A stretch of 64,000 nucleotides of DNA from Octopus sinensis (Eukaryota): the NCBI RefSeq assembly GCF_006345805.1, contig NC_043002.1, forward strand, positions 45,136,001 through 45,200,000. The letters are read 5' to 3'. Shown here in pieces: positions 23,865 to 36,341 of this stretch. The translations under genes were made by a program, and so were the position numbers. The first letter of the stretch is position 1, and every line of letters starts with the position of its first letter. Below the pieces are notes generated by a model. It saw nothing but the letters and a program-made list of their open reading frames with translations, made no database searches and was not told the DNA's origin.

Positions 23865-25006
23865 CGCTACATGGATAGTCAGGAATCGGGATAGCTAGTG
23901 TAACCAGAACTCTTTGTTGAGAAAATCCTTTAAGAAATAGTATTTTTGATCGACAAAATACTAATGATGGAGATTTTTATCTTGAAAGGGAATGATTGGC
24001 GATATCGTTCAACTAAGGATGTGGATCATCTCGGGAGCGCGTGTTTGCGCCTATTAGAAGTCGAAATGCATTGATTTTGTAACGCAAAAGAACTAACAAT
24101 ATATTCGATGTGTTGGATATGGAAATAACTTTCTAGACGATGTGAAGGGATAGAAACAGTAAAACACTCGATCAAATGTCTTTCAGTATATATTTCTATT
24201 CGTCTAAGTTCTGAGTTCAAATCTCCCAGAAAATGACACTGCTTTTCGTTCTTCTTGAGTCGATGACATAATTTCCAGTTATATACAAGGATCGATCCCA
24301 TCGGTTCTAGAAGCGTTGATTCAATCGAAATAGTATTATAGAGTGAGTATAATATTTCTCTCAAACTATAATAAATAGCTTTATAGAGTGAAAAAATATT
24401 TCTCTCAAACTCAGCGCTTACTCTCAGCCACATAAATACACGCCCACACAGGATTTTTGAAAAAAACACCCTCACCTTTCTTCCTACCGATACCCTCCCC
24501 TTTTCTTCATCCTCCCCGTCTCTCATTTCTACAATCACATATTCAAAATACTGGAGTGGACCGTTACTACCAGACCCTTAGTTATTTTTCTACGCTCATT
24601 TTTGTTGTTACCATGTAGGGCAATGACAAAAAGGACTAACTAATCTGCACCACTCTAATAGGACTAAAAGATAAGTCTGTTTCTATTTATTCCGAAATTT
24701 TTTTCCCTTTCGTTTTGGGGTTTTTTCTTTGTTTTTTTTTCTGTTTGTTTGTTTTTTTGCACCATCTCTGATGCTCGCAAACCGAATATGGCATTTTCAG
24801 ATTTCTAGTACAAAAAAGGTCAAGCTACAGTCTTTCGTTCAGCTATGTCTAATGACAGCTAAATTTCCTTCTTCCCTAAGGTCTTTTAACACGAAACCAT
24901 TTGACAACCTGGATTTGTTACTTTCTACTGTATAAATAATATACCTTCTCTGCTACTTGATATATGAGTGCCTGTTTTTTCTGATTTACGAAAGTCATTG
25001 AACAGC

Positions 25007-25092
<86 letters not shown>

Positions 25093-25260
25093 ATATTAGG
25101 GAATAAATCAAATTTACAGGGAAAAAATCAGATTTAGGATTAAATCGATTTTATAGTAAAATATTATAAAATATTATTCGAGACAAAACCACTATTTTGC
25201 AAAACAAACAAGGAAAGACTTAATCAATACATAAATTTTAATAATAGTCAAAAAAAACCG

Positions 25261-25303
25261 CCACTACAATCGTTTCTTGTCTTGATCGACAATCTTCAGG
25301 TGG
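25261..25303 (-). ncRNA. Type I hammerhead ribozyme (left arm of palindrome)
   Basis: Reverse complement of 25351-25393. Confidence 0.75.
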
Positions 25304-25350
25304 ACTTCCAATAATTCAGTGTCAAATTATGACACTGAATTATTGGAAGT

Positions 25351-25393
25351 CCACCTGAAGATTGTCGATCAAGACAAGAAACGATTGTAGTGG
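25351..25393 (+). ncRNA. Canonical-core type I hammerhead ribozyme
   Basis: CCAC-CUGAAGA-UUGUC(GAUCAA)GACAA-GAAAC-GAUU-GUA^GUGG. All core residues and three stems are present. Confidence 0.8.
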
Positions 25394-25477
25394 CGGTTTT
25401 TTGACTATTATTAAAATTTATGTATTGATTAAGTCTTTCCTTGTTTGTTTTGCAAAATAGTGGTTTTGTCTCGAATA

Positions 25478-25510
<33 letters not shown>

Positions 25511-25600
25511 TTGAATTTGTATATAAGTACGAACAGTTGTATTTACGCTGTGAAGCCGTTGTTTTTGTGACCTATGTATAAATTATGTGTACTTGGTTGT

Positions 25601-25661
25601 ATTATACTGATGATGGATTAAAAGAGTTTCCTTTTAATCCTGAAATTAATTGATATGTAAT
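25601..25661 (+). ncRNA. Type I hammerhead ribozyme in a ~270-bp element between (TA)n tracts
   Basis: AUUAUA-CUGAUGA-U-GGAUUAAAAG(AGUUUC)CUUUUAAUCC-U-GAAAU-UAAUUG-AUA^UGUAAU. Stem III has a palindromic AAUU loop. Confidence 0.75.
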
Positions 25662-25776
25662 TAAAACTTTTCATGAATCTTTTTGTTTATTGCCTGAATT
25701 TGGCGCGTATTTACGGTGATATTTTAAGGTAGCTTCTTTAAGCATGTGGCTAAGCTGTGTACTTACTCGCTTGCCC

Positions 25777-25814
<38 letters not shown>

Positions 25815-25932
25815 AATCAAGGAACGGCCATAATAGGCCATTCACCCACTAGAAATAACAGCCAAAAGCTTCAACCGCAAAAATAACATCAATTCCGTAA
25901 CCAGGAGAAAATTAAAAAACATTTACCCTGTA

Positions 25933-26038
25933 ATTTCTATACGATGCACCGTTTCATCTACTGTTTAATGGTAAACTAACCTGATTAAATTAAATCAAGC
26001 CAATCTACCATAGGCCCTTAGATTCATCAGTAAGAAAT
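25933..26038 (-). ncRNA. Type I hammerhead ribozyme with large stem II insertion
   Basis: AUUUCUUA-CUGAUGA-AUCUA...UAGAU-GAAAC-GGUGCAUC-GUA^UA(A)GAAAU. The full 8-bp stem I partner is intact in the tandem copy at 26421-26428. Confidence 0.7.
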
Positions 26039-26690
26039 AGCCAAGTCGGAACAGATATTTTTCACGAGGCATTCCCGTCCTTGCCTCGGCAATATCTGAC
26101 CTAAAATTTTCAAATCATCGCACTCGCGCCAAATTTATCGGCAGCAAATAAATATAAGCCGCCGATTCCATTACGGAATTAACCAGAAAATTCATAATTA
26201 ATCAATATAGGGTGGCAAAAAAATTTTGTAGAATTTTTTTGCCACCAGCGGCCTAGTGGGAAAAAATTAAATAGTCATAGACCATTTTTAAGTTCAACAT
26301 CACAATCAAGGAACGGCCATATAGGCCATTCACCCACTAGAATAACAGCCAAAAGCTTCAACCGCAAAAATAACATCAATTCCGTAAACCAGGAGAAAAT
26401 TAAAAAACATTTACCCTGTAATTTCTTATACGATGCACCGTTTCATCTACTGTTTAATGGTAAACTAACCTGATTAAATTGCTGGTGGCAAAAAAATTCT
26501 ACAAAATTTTTTGCCACCCTATATTGATTAATTATGAATTTTCTGGTTAATTCCGTAATGGAATCGGCGGCTTATATTTATTTGCTGCCGATAAATTTGG
26601 CGCGAGTGCGATGATTTGAAAATTTTAGGTCAGATATTGCCGAGGCAAGGACGGGAATGCCTCGTGAAAAATATCTGTTCCGACTTGGCT

Positions 26691-26788
26691 ATTTCTTACT
26701 GATGAATCTAAGGGCCTATGGTAGATTGGCTTGATTTAATTTAATCAGGTTAGTTTACCATTAAACAGTAGATGAAACGGTGCATCGT
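26691..26788 (+). ncRNA. Inverted hammerhead copy truncated at the GU of the cleavage triplet
   Basis: atttctta-ctgatga-atcta...tagat-gaaac-ggtgcatc-gt, after which homology stops. Confidence 0.65.
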
Positions 26789-27224
26789 GTCTTCGGCCTG
26801 GTTGCTATTCTACAGCTAAAGATCAGATACACTCCTCGTAGATTCTGAAGACTTAATCAATTTCAATAACATAATACACTGCGGTATGTATGTTAGTATT
26901 GCACATACATACACACACGCGCGCGCATTTACATATCTTAGCACATGCAAAATCTCCCTACCCACACAGACACATACAGACATTCATACGCAAACATATA
27001 TATATACACAAACACACCCATACAAGCGCACTCAAACATTCAAACGCACATGCACACACTCACACACATTCATAAACACACAGCGACATGCATTCACACA
27101 CCCACATCACCTAACCTATCGATTGCACGTCCGTCCGTACTACTAAATCCTACAACTGCTACTAATCTGTTAGATTCACTCACTCACACACACTCGCATA
27201 AATGCAAACACACATGCACACAGA

Positions 27225-29433
27225 ACTTCGACTCAGAGATATTGCTTGGGCTGAATTCAAAAATCCTGATTCGACAGCAGCTTTTGAGGTGTACAAAACT
27301 CAACGAGACCGAGCCGTGAAAATTGAAAAGGAAGAACGCTTCAGATATGACTACAGAATCGCGGCAAACGCCAGTCGCAATCCAAAAACCTTCTTTGCCC
27401 ATGTCCAACGGAATTCCCGCTTGAACAACCAAATTGCAACGTTGGTAGACTCAACAGGCGAATCGATTGAGGACCCTTATTAACAGAGTCAATTATTTGC
27501 CGAGGCTTTTTCAACTATTTTCAAACAAGATGATGGTCGTGAACCCCCTCCATTTGATAGATCGGTACCTCCAATGCTTTGATTGGTCATCACGCGGGAC
27601 GAAGTCGAACGCGTTATTCAAGGTCTCGATGTCAACAAGGGTCACGGCGCTGACGGCATACACCCACGAGTTATCAAAGCGTTGGCTCCGGTCATCTGCG
27701 AGCCCTTAACACGTCTATTCAATATGTCATTGGCGACGGGTGTTATACCTGCGGACTGGAGAACAGCGATAATTTTCAAGAAAGGGAGCCGCGAAGACCC
27801 GCTAAACTACCGACCGGTTTCCCTTACTTCAATAATCAGCAAGATGTTCGAAACCATGCTTAAGAAAAGTATGATGCGCCACCTCCAAAACACAGCCTCT
27901 ATCTCTGATTCCCAACACGGCTTCGTGCCGAAGAGATCATACTTAACCAACTTACTGGTAATGGAAGAATTGGTGATGCGCATCCTCGATGATAGTGATG
28001 CTGTTGACATCGTTTTATTGGACTTTGCCAAAGCTTTTGACTCGGTAAACTACCGCCTATTACCTGTCAAGCTTCAAGCATATAGTTTCCATCCGGATAT
28101 TGTACGATGGGTTGGTGCCTTCCTCTCAGATCGCTCCTTCCAAGTCCAAGTTAATGGTTCGCTGTCCGACGTCTCCAGTGCGAGCAGTGACGTGCCTCAA
28201 GGTTCAGTGCTTGGGCCCTTATTGTTCTTAGTCTTCATAAATAAATTACTTTCCCGACGACCTCACGCAACACACCCTTCTATTTGCCGACGATGTCAAA
28301 CTGGTCGCTCCTCGCGGTGATATAGAGGATCTTCGTCGATGCCTCCACCAAATTTGGAGATGGTCTAACGAATGGGACCTGTGTCTGAACGTGTCAAAGT
28401 GCTGTCATCTGCCTGTTGGCTCTCCTCCTGCAACTCAACTTGATTTCGAGCCGGGTCGTCTGCTGCTGGAGAGGACCGACCAGGTAAAGGATCTGGGTAT
28501 CTTGGTGGATTCCTCCTTTTCGCCTTCGGCCCAGTGCGTCCATGCTGCCAACAAAGCACGCGGAATTCTGTTCTTGATTCGACGGTCATTCGGAATGCTC
28601 ACAGCAGCCATATTACTACCGCTCTATGTCACGCTGGTGAGACCCATATTGGAGTACGGGATTCAAGCCTCTTCTCCTTATCTCCTCAAAGACATACAGC
28701 ATCTCGAAAGAGTCCAGAAGCTGGCTACCCGCATGGTTCTTGGTCTCAAGAATTTGTCTTATGAAGAAGCTTAGTGATGAAGAAGCTTAGAGTTTTAAAT
28801 CAGAATTCGAAAACATTTGCTTGTAGACTTTGAAAAGAGACTTCGTAGAAAGATGTTGTCTTGGTATTTCGACCCAAAAATTTACCGACCAATTTTGGAC
28901 GTAATACCTGAGCTTGAAATAGTTTAGCACCGTCTCTCACTATGCGGTTGCTTTAAATTCATGTGCTTCGTCCGCTACGTAATAATCACTTTCGTCAAAT
29001 GGATTTTTCCTAGGTCTCAAGCATTTGTCTTATGAGGAAAGGCTGAAAACGCTCGACCTTTATTCTCTAGAAAAACGACGACGCCGTGGTGATCTCATTC
29101 TTGCTCACAACATCATAAGCGGAAAGTGTAACCTCTCGAAAGAGCTGTTCTTCACTCCTGCTCCAGAGCGTCGGCTGCGGGGTCACTCCGAAAAGCTCTA
29201 TCTGCGACGATTTCATCTCAATCGAAGGAGAGGGGCTTTCTCCGCCCGGGTTGCGGATCCGTGGAATAAGCTGCCGGACGAGATAGTGAAGATGCCGACG
29301 ACCACTCGGTTAAAAATCTCCCTTGACCACAAGTGGTCTGAACTCTTTACATGAACACCACCCCGTACATAACTAAATGTCCCCCTACATGGCCTTGCTT
29401 TTTGCTTTTTGAGCCAAAAAACTAACTAACTAA
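27225..29433 (+). mobile_element. 5'-truncated CR1-group LINE, second family, frameshifted, with (CTAA)n tail and a ~244-bp interruption
   Basis: NYRPVSLTS, QHGF, LDFAKAFDSV, VPQGSVLGPLLF, FADD (frameshifted), LERVQKLATR and SLEKRRRRGDLI motifs. Tail aactaactaactaac. Confidence 0.9.
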
Positions 29434-29649
29434 CATATACTACATTCCCACGAACCGCCCCCTAAATTGCAAACACGTTAATCGCCACCCATACACACAC
29501 ACACACACATAAAAAACATATACACACATATTCTCCACATACGCAAGTATCACACTCTCTCTCTCTCTCTCTCTCTCTACTCTCTCTCTCTCTACTCTCT
29601 CTCTCTCTCTACTCTCTCTCTCTCTCTCTCGGAAAAAATTATGTATACA

Positions 29650-30055
29650 CTCTTTACTCTTTTACTTGTTTCAGTCATTTGACTGTGATCATGCTGGAGC
29701 ACCGCTTTTAGTCGAGCAAATAGACCTCAGGACTTATTCTTTGTAAGCCTAGTACTTATTATATCAGTATCTTTTGTCGAACCACTAAGTTACGGGGGCG
29801 TAAACACACCAGCATCGGTTGTCAAGTGATATTGGGGGACAAACACAGACACACAAACATATGCACACACACATACATATATACATATATACGACGGGCT
29901 TCTTTCAGTTTCCGTCTACCAAATCCACTCACAAGACTTTGGTTGGCCTGAGGCTATATTAGAAGACACTTGCCCAAGGTACCACGCAGTGGAACTGAAC
30001 CCGAAACTATGTGGTTGGTAAGCAAGCTACTTACCACATAGCCACTCCTACGCTT
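29650..30055 (-). mobile_element. Full-length tRNA-derived SINE with internal CA/TA repeat and CR1-like tail
   Basis: Head rc of cttaccacatagccactcctacgc, B-box-like gggttcagttcc, tail rc gactgaaacaagtaaaagagtaaagag. Confidence 0.85.
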
Positions 30056-30079
30056 ATATAGAAATAAATAAAAATTATC

Positions 30080-30280
30080 CTTTCTTCTACAATAGGCACA
30101 AGACCTTAAATTTTAAGGGCAGGACTGGCAGATTACATTGACCCCAGTGCTCACCTGGTACTTATTTTAATTGAACCTGACAGGATGGCAGGCAAAGTCG
30201 ACCCTCACACAGTTTAAACTCAGCACGTAGAGGAAATCGAAATGCTGCTAAACGTTTTAGCCGGCATTCGAACGATTCAG
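30080..30280 (-). mobile_element. Degenerate SINE related to 7747-7981
   Basis: gattacattgaccccagtg...ctggtactt...aggcaaagtcgacc. Confidence 0.65.
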
Positions 30281-30459
30281 TATTACCATTTCAATTAAGA
30301 TCACTGCTGAAAACTATGACTATATTAATTAGAAAATGTATGCTTATGGATCAGATTATATATTATAAGCAGAAAAAAAGTACAGAGGGAGTAGGGAATT
30401 TAAAAATGCAGGTGGAGGGCGAACGCTCTATGAGTGCCTGTGTATGTGTGTGTATGAGG

Positions 30460-30495
<36 letters not shown>

Positions 30496-30624
30496 AATTA
30501 AATCGAATCTTCGATACGCTCTCTGTTTCTCTCTCTTACTCTCTGTTTCACTCAAAATATAAATACATACATACAAATGTATGTACATATGAGGTCACAA
30601 CATTTATTATACAGTACTATATTT

Positions 30625-30950
30625 AAGAGATGAGGAATTATGTACATTATTTACATTAGATGGATATTTGTCCTCATCTTCTATGTTGTTAACACAATGT
30701 TTCAGCTAATATACCCTCCTGCCTTCATCAGGAGTCTTGGGAAAATTCCGAGCCTGGGTTCTCATTCCTAAGGTATTTTTCGATGTTATTATTATTATTA
30801 TTATTATTATGGGCACTGCCTGGAATCGAACTCGCGATCTTGGGGTTAGTGACCCGCGCTCTTAACCACCGCGCCATATGCTGGAGGCTGGAGGATATAT
30901 CAGCCGAAACAAGATGAGGACAAATATCTGTCAAATCTAAATAATGTACA
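30625..30950. mobile_element. Inverted-repeat element with degenerate hammerhead (30691-30736, minus) and tRNA-like internal segment (~30812-30880)
   Basis: IR tgtacattattta...gtcctcatctt (30641-30680) / aagatgaggac...aaataatgtaca (30911-30950). Minus strand reads GACUC-CUGAUGA-AGGC...AGCU-GAAAC-AUU-GUGUU. A plus-strand partial ggctgg..cagccgaaac is also present. Confidence 0.6.
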
Positions 30951-31491
30951 ACTTTTATATATTATATTTACAGATATGTATACTTACATTAGAGAAAGAG
31001 AACGGGAGAGAGCGAGAGAGAGAGAGAGAGAGATTATTTAGAGGTGGTTTTCGAGGTTGCGATATATTTGGTTCACAACCCTGTGAATGAAAATAGTGAA
31101 GGCTGTCTTCTGGATATGAACCACGCATTTTCTGTAGTTATAAAATGTATGATAACTCATACATCAAAGTAGCTTACAGACTCTTCTGTCAAATTGGACG
31201 TTTTTATGGTGCAGCCAAAGAAAATTCACTTTTAAATAATGTATTTACATAGTTCTCGTTGCTTTTACATTAATATTCTAAATGTAAACACACAGCACTT
31301 GCACACAAACGCGTGCGTATGTTCCTGTTGGGATTATAACGTGGGTTCTTACGTATTTAGCGTAGTGAGCTATGAAATTGAAATTGATTAAGACTGCAGA
31401 ATCTAAGAGGAATATGTCTGATCTTTAGTAGTAGAATAATAACTATGAATGTTTCCGACTTACTCTGTATATTTATGTGTGTAACTGTATA

Positions 31492-31535
<44 letters not shown>

Positions 31536-32501
31536 TCTATATATATATATATGTATGTATATATATATGATATTATATAATATATATAACATTTTCTCGG
31601 TGCAGTATAAGACGTCTGTATCAGTAACAGAAATACCATCACAAAGGTGGAAACAGTTTTCCAATCATGGGCCTCACCTGAGTTTTATTGAGTTTTAGCA
31701 GTGGTTAGGTAGCAAGATATTAGGTAATGATATTGTTTTCTCCTTTGTATAGCGATTGTATCTTTATTTTTTAAAGGGGATACGATTGGCATGGCTACAT
31801 TGGGTAATGTTTTCCAATACCCTTTCATGGAATCAGTGCAGGTTTGACGTAAATTGTCTCGTTTGCATGTTGGCGTCGTTTGGTTGCAGGAGTTTAGAAA
31901 TGAAAAGTGGTGTGTGTGTGATGGGGAGCGTAAATCGAGCATTACTGTCGTGGCGTGAAAACCATACGAACTCATATTCACATATTTGATTCTGTGTTTT
32001 CTTAAATTAAATATCAATCATGACACGTTTACCCACTGAAGTTAGAATCAGCAGCCATCTTACGATAGCTAACAGTGAAAGTCACTACCTACATTATTTT
32101 AGAAAATGATATTCTATTATAAAAAGAAAAAACTTTTCTTTTGACAGAAAGTTATTTGTTAAAAAGCATTTAGCGATATGAATTGGGATATTTCATAGTT
32201 ATCGCTAGTAATTAGGATTACAACTAACTGGATTATTCGATAAATTAATTGTTCAAGTTATAGAATATTATTCAAAAAATTGTCTATTCGCTCTCTCGCT
32301 TTCTTTTTTCCGTAGACTGATTGCTTCTCTATAGACTGGCCAGAAAGCAGTCATTTTGGCAGTAGCGCAGGACATTTAATATTTGGGCATTTTACGGCCA
32401 GTTTGCTACAACTATCCACCTCACTTCACGCCTAGACCTTACAGTGATTATTATAACAACCACGACCACTATGCAGGTCATTTCTCTAACAAACATATTC
32501 C

Positions 32502-33230
32502 TATTAGGGGTGCCAAAAAGTAATGTTGCATTTCATATAATTAATTCAAAACAGCATAAAACAAATCGTAAATATATATATTCGTCCAAAATATAATTGC
32601 CATCGTTAAAAACATAATTTTCCTATCACAAAACTAGTTTTTTTCATTCCTCGAACAAAGAAAAATTAAGTTCTTTCGTCTTTGCATCCGGTTACTTTAC
32701 CACTAGCAAAGTATTCGAGTGATCTGAATAAGTGAAAATCTGATGACGCTACTTCTGAAGAGTAATGAGGATAAAGTAAAGCTTTCCAACGTAATGAATT
32801 TATCTTTTCTTGAGCTCTCTTGTTCAACTCACTGCTTCATTCTAGGAGAATAGCTATTGAGGTACCCACTTCCGTTGTCTATACACTTTCCCAATCCGCT
32901 TGATATGATCTTGCACGGTGGATCAAGGTTTATGAAGTCTTCGGGATGACTCACCGATATTTTGACGCGGATCCTTTTCAGTTGCTGTTTCCTCTGCATC
33001 ATTACTGAGAACAGTTGGCTTTCCTGACTAATACTTATCCAAAAAAATCTAAATCATCATCTGCGAATTTGTTAAACCACCTTTAGCATTTCTGAATTCT
33101 TACACCATTAGGATATACAGTATCTATATTTTCCCTTGTACGTGTTGCACTGTTTCATTTGCGAAATTCGTTAAGTATGCAATTCCAACTACACAGGTCA
33201 TTAAAGTCCATGTCTTCCATAGCTATCAGA
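32502..33230 (-). mobile_element. Degenerate mariner (Tc1/mariner) transposon remnant
   Basis: TA followed by TIR-like ttaggggtgccaaaaagtaatgttg. Minus-strand WKALLYPHYSSEVASSDFHLFRSL resembles mariner HPPYSPDLAPSDFHLFRSL. N-terminal HTH RWFNKF lies near 33065-33085. Confidence 0.75.
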
Positions 33231-33844
33231 TAGGGCATGTATACACACAACATGGGTCCATATTAACGTTTGGTCATTAACTCTATGCTGGTTGGTTGAT
33301 TGCAAGGACATCTTTCATCGGCTTGTTAACTATTTTCTGTATGACATCAGAGTATTTGCTTGAAAATACTTCTAATACATTTTGTTTCTAGTTATACAGT
33401 CCAAACTCTTTCTTTTTCTGAGTACGAATTTAACCAAGTTTGCCATATTGTCTGAACATTAAAACATAAACGGACTCATAAGCTGGAATCCCAAGCCATA
33501 TGTAGCTTTCGCAATAATTACAGCCATATGTTATTTTGCAGTTTGCGCATTTCTAGTTATACCTGTTTTCATTCATTGCAACAACTGAACTTTAGCTTCG
33601 AAGCGGACTCTTCTTTCAGCTATTATCAATAAGAGATGCGTGTTCAGCTGAATGAATATTCAATGCAGAAAAATGTTTCTACCAGTTTTCCTAATATCGA
33701 GTCGACTTTTCCTTTTCGTGCCATTCTGGAAAATTCAATTCATTATATTACACAATATCTATGCTCAAATATGCGCATTTCTGGGTAATAATATATCTTG
33801 CTGTTTTTATAAAATATAAAATGATGTATATATTATCTTTCACT

Positions 33845-34210
33845 ATAGGTGCAGGTATGTTTCTATGGTTGACAACTTTGCTTCCGAACCACGAATTTTC
33901 GGGTTCAGTTCTACTGTGTATAACCTTGCATAACTGTCCTTTATTATAGCCTCTGGACGACAAAAGCCTTTGGCAGGGATTCGCTTGCCGAAAACTGAAA
34001 GAAGACCATCTTATCTGTATATATGTGTATGTTTGTGTCTCCTTGTCTGGATATCCTGCGATAATTGTATACAAGTATCATCCTCATACAAGTAGTGTTA
34101 TTTGAGTCCAGTCTTCTAGGAACATATATCCGGCCTTGGAGAAATTATCTCGCTTGGAAACATCGAAGTCCGTCTGACCCATGCAAGCGCGGAAAAATAA
34201 TCGTTAAAAC
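33845..34210 (+). mobile_element. Degenerate SINE (same head, different 3' tail)
   Basis: Head ggtgcaggtatg...ttgcttccgaaccac, body caaaagcctttgg...aaactgaaagaag, tail ccgtctgacccatgcaagc. Confidence 0.6.
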
Positions 34211-34295
34211 AATTATGATGTGAAGGAGAAAAAGGAAAGGAAGGCGATTTTCTTTCTATACAAACAAATCCAGCTGAGTTGAGATAGTTGAGATA

Positions 34296-35284
34296 GAATT
34301 TCTGTTTCGCACATCTTCAAATAATCAGAAATACATTGTTTAGCATTACAGCACCCAGAATTATTTTGAATTTGCGAAAAGGATACTATTTTATGCACCT
34401 CATAAAATATACAAAGATGAACTAAAAGTACAGCAAGATCAAAGGAAAATCACGAGAGGATCTCGCTCCAAATAAGTCTACTTAGAAAATAGCTAGCACC
34501 AGGAGCTTCAATTAGACAGACAGATTCTTCTCTTTCTGTATTACCGTGGTCAAAATTGAAGCTTGCAAATCACACCCTAACAATGTATAGTGTCTAATAC
34601 TTCTCTGTCAGGATGGGCCTTATCAGCCGAAGCAAAACCTACAAATAGGCAATATTTTTTTCTCTCTCTTTCTCTTTTGTTGCAGCTTCATGTTCAACAA
34701 GTTAAACCGTCGAGCTGTCAATATATATGAAAGGATTAGAGTAGCGAGCTAACAGAATCGTTAGCAAACCGGACAAAATGCTTAGCGGGATTTCATTTGT
34801 CTTTACATTCTGACTTTAAATTGCAGGTCGACTTTGCCTTTCGTCCTTCCGGATTTTCGATAAAATAGGTACCAGTTAAACAGTGGAGTCGCTGTAACCG
34901 ACTTACCTCACCCCCGAAATTGTTAACATTGAACCAAAATTTGAAAACGATATATATGAATAGACTGGCAGATAAATGAATTAATGGGTAGGCCGACGGA
35001 CGGACGAATAGATGGATGGATGGATGGTTGGACGGATGAGTGGGTAGGTGGACAGATGGATGGTGGGATAGATAAATCTAAAGATAATTAGGTAGTAAGT
35101 CTATTCTCGGAACTATTTTCCATGTAAACTCGCCTGATAATTCTACTGGTACTCACTTAAAAATCCCTTCACGAAAATAGTTTTTCGATGGCGATTGATT
35201 CAGAATATGAAAATACCGAGTGAATTTCTGTTTCGCACATCTTCAAATAATCAGAAATACATTGTTTAGCATTACAGCACCCAG
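34296..35284. repeat. Exact 63-bp direct repeat (34296-34358 and 35222-35284)
   Basis: gaatttctgtttcgcacatcttcaaataatcagaaatacattgtttagcattacagcacccag occurs twice. Confidence 0.9.
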
Positions 35285-35340
35285 CAGTCATAGAAGCAGT
35301 ACTAATTAATGGAAAAATCGGTCAGTAAATTAGATATTTC

Positions 35341-35428
<88 letters not shown>

Positions 35429-35733
35429 ATAGATAGATAGACTGACAGATAGATAGATAGATAGATAGATATACACAAGTGTGTATGAGTGTGCATAGAA
35501 GAATATATTACACAAAGAAATTCCAGCTTTGATTTTCACATTTTATTTACAATCTTATAATAATATAACATAAGCTAATATAAATGTCCATTCTGCCTGA
35601 AGTAGTACTTTCATGCATTAAACTATGCAATTTTCATGCTGAATAACACCTACATTGCAAGAAATAAGAGTTAAATCCCTTAGGGCTGCATAAAGCACAC
35701 AATTTATATACACTGACAAGGGAAAAAGCTGAA

Positions 35734-35779
35734 GCACTGGACCGGTTTTGTCAGTCAGTTTCAGACACGTCAGCAGTGC
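35734..35779 (-). ncRNA. Degenerate hammerhead-like motif
   Basis: GCACUG-CUGACGU-GUCU-GAAAC-UG...CG-GUC^CAGUGC. Stem I is 6 bp, but the core has A9>U and stem II is essentially absent. Confidence 0.35.
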
Positions 35780-35931
35780 CTACTCCATTATTCGGATGGC
35801 TTAGCTGAATGCGCCTGTCAGTATACATATTCACCATATAAATTTATGGCCGATTTACAAAAATGCTAATGTGTACACTGAAAATTAATATAAGCAACTA
35901 GCCGCAATATAAAAGCCTTACAGGAATATAC

Positions 35932-35983
<52 letters not shown>

Positions 35984-35984
35984 T

Positions 35985-36341
35985 GAATGAATAATCCTAT
36001 GTTTGTCGTCAGCATGGAAAATTCGTTTAACCGAAACCTGGGTAGCAAATTTACGTCAGAAACTAACCATTATTCAACATTCAGGGATAGTAAAAAAACG
36101 AATTAGTACAGGGCTAAGTAAATTAGTTTGGCGTCTTAAAGACAACAATATAAATTTCAAATTAGATTGGTTCATACTGTCTGTATCCTTTCCTTTTGAT
36201 AAGGGCAGGAGATTTTGTAACATTTGTAACTCTGAACTCTTCCATATTCTCTTCTCTAAGGTTCCCCTAGTAAACACACTCATAGAAAAATCATACAAAT
36301 GTAAACACTGGCAGAAACATACTTTCTACTCATATAAATGA
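35985..36341 (+). pseudogene. Penelope-like element GIY-YIG C-terminal remnant
   Basis: STGLSKLVWRLKDNNINFKLDWFIL...CNICNSELFHIL...LVN..IE..YKCKH matches the PLE T.LS..VW.LK...W.I...C.LC..EK..I...LN...E...C.H pattern. Confidence 0.7.

Larger units (their letters stand above)
25165..25487. repeat. Near-perfect ~160-bp-arm palindrome (5-nt loop) in (TA)n
   Basis: Arms 25165-25324 and 25330-25487 differ only in one A/T-run length as far as I can see. Confidence 0.95.
25811..26788. mobile_element. 489-bp HHR-containing monomer with partial tandem copy (26300-26480) and inverted copy (26481-26788 = rc of 25941-26249)
   Basis: Direct and inverted near-identical matches seen by eye; starts at a (TA)n tract. 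Confidence 0.85.

Noticed and set aside
24026-24538. 170-aa minus-strand ORF
   Set aside because: It has no recognisable domain, overlaps decayed SINE-like sequence and has no splice or codon support.
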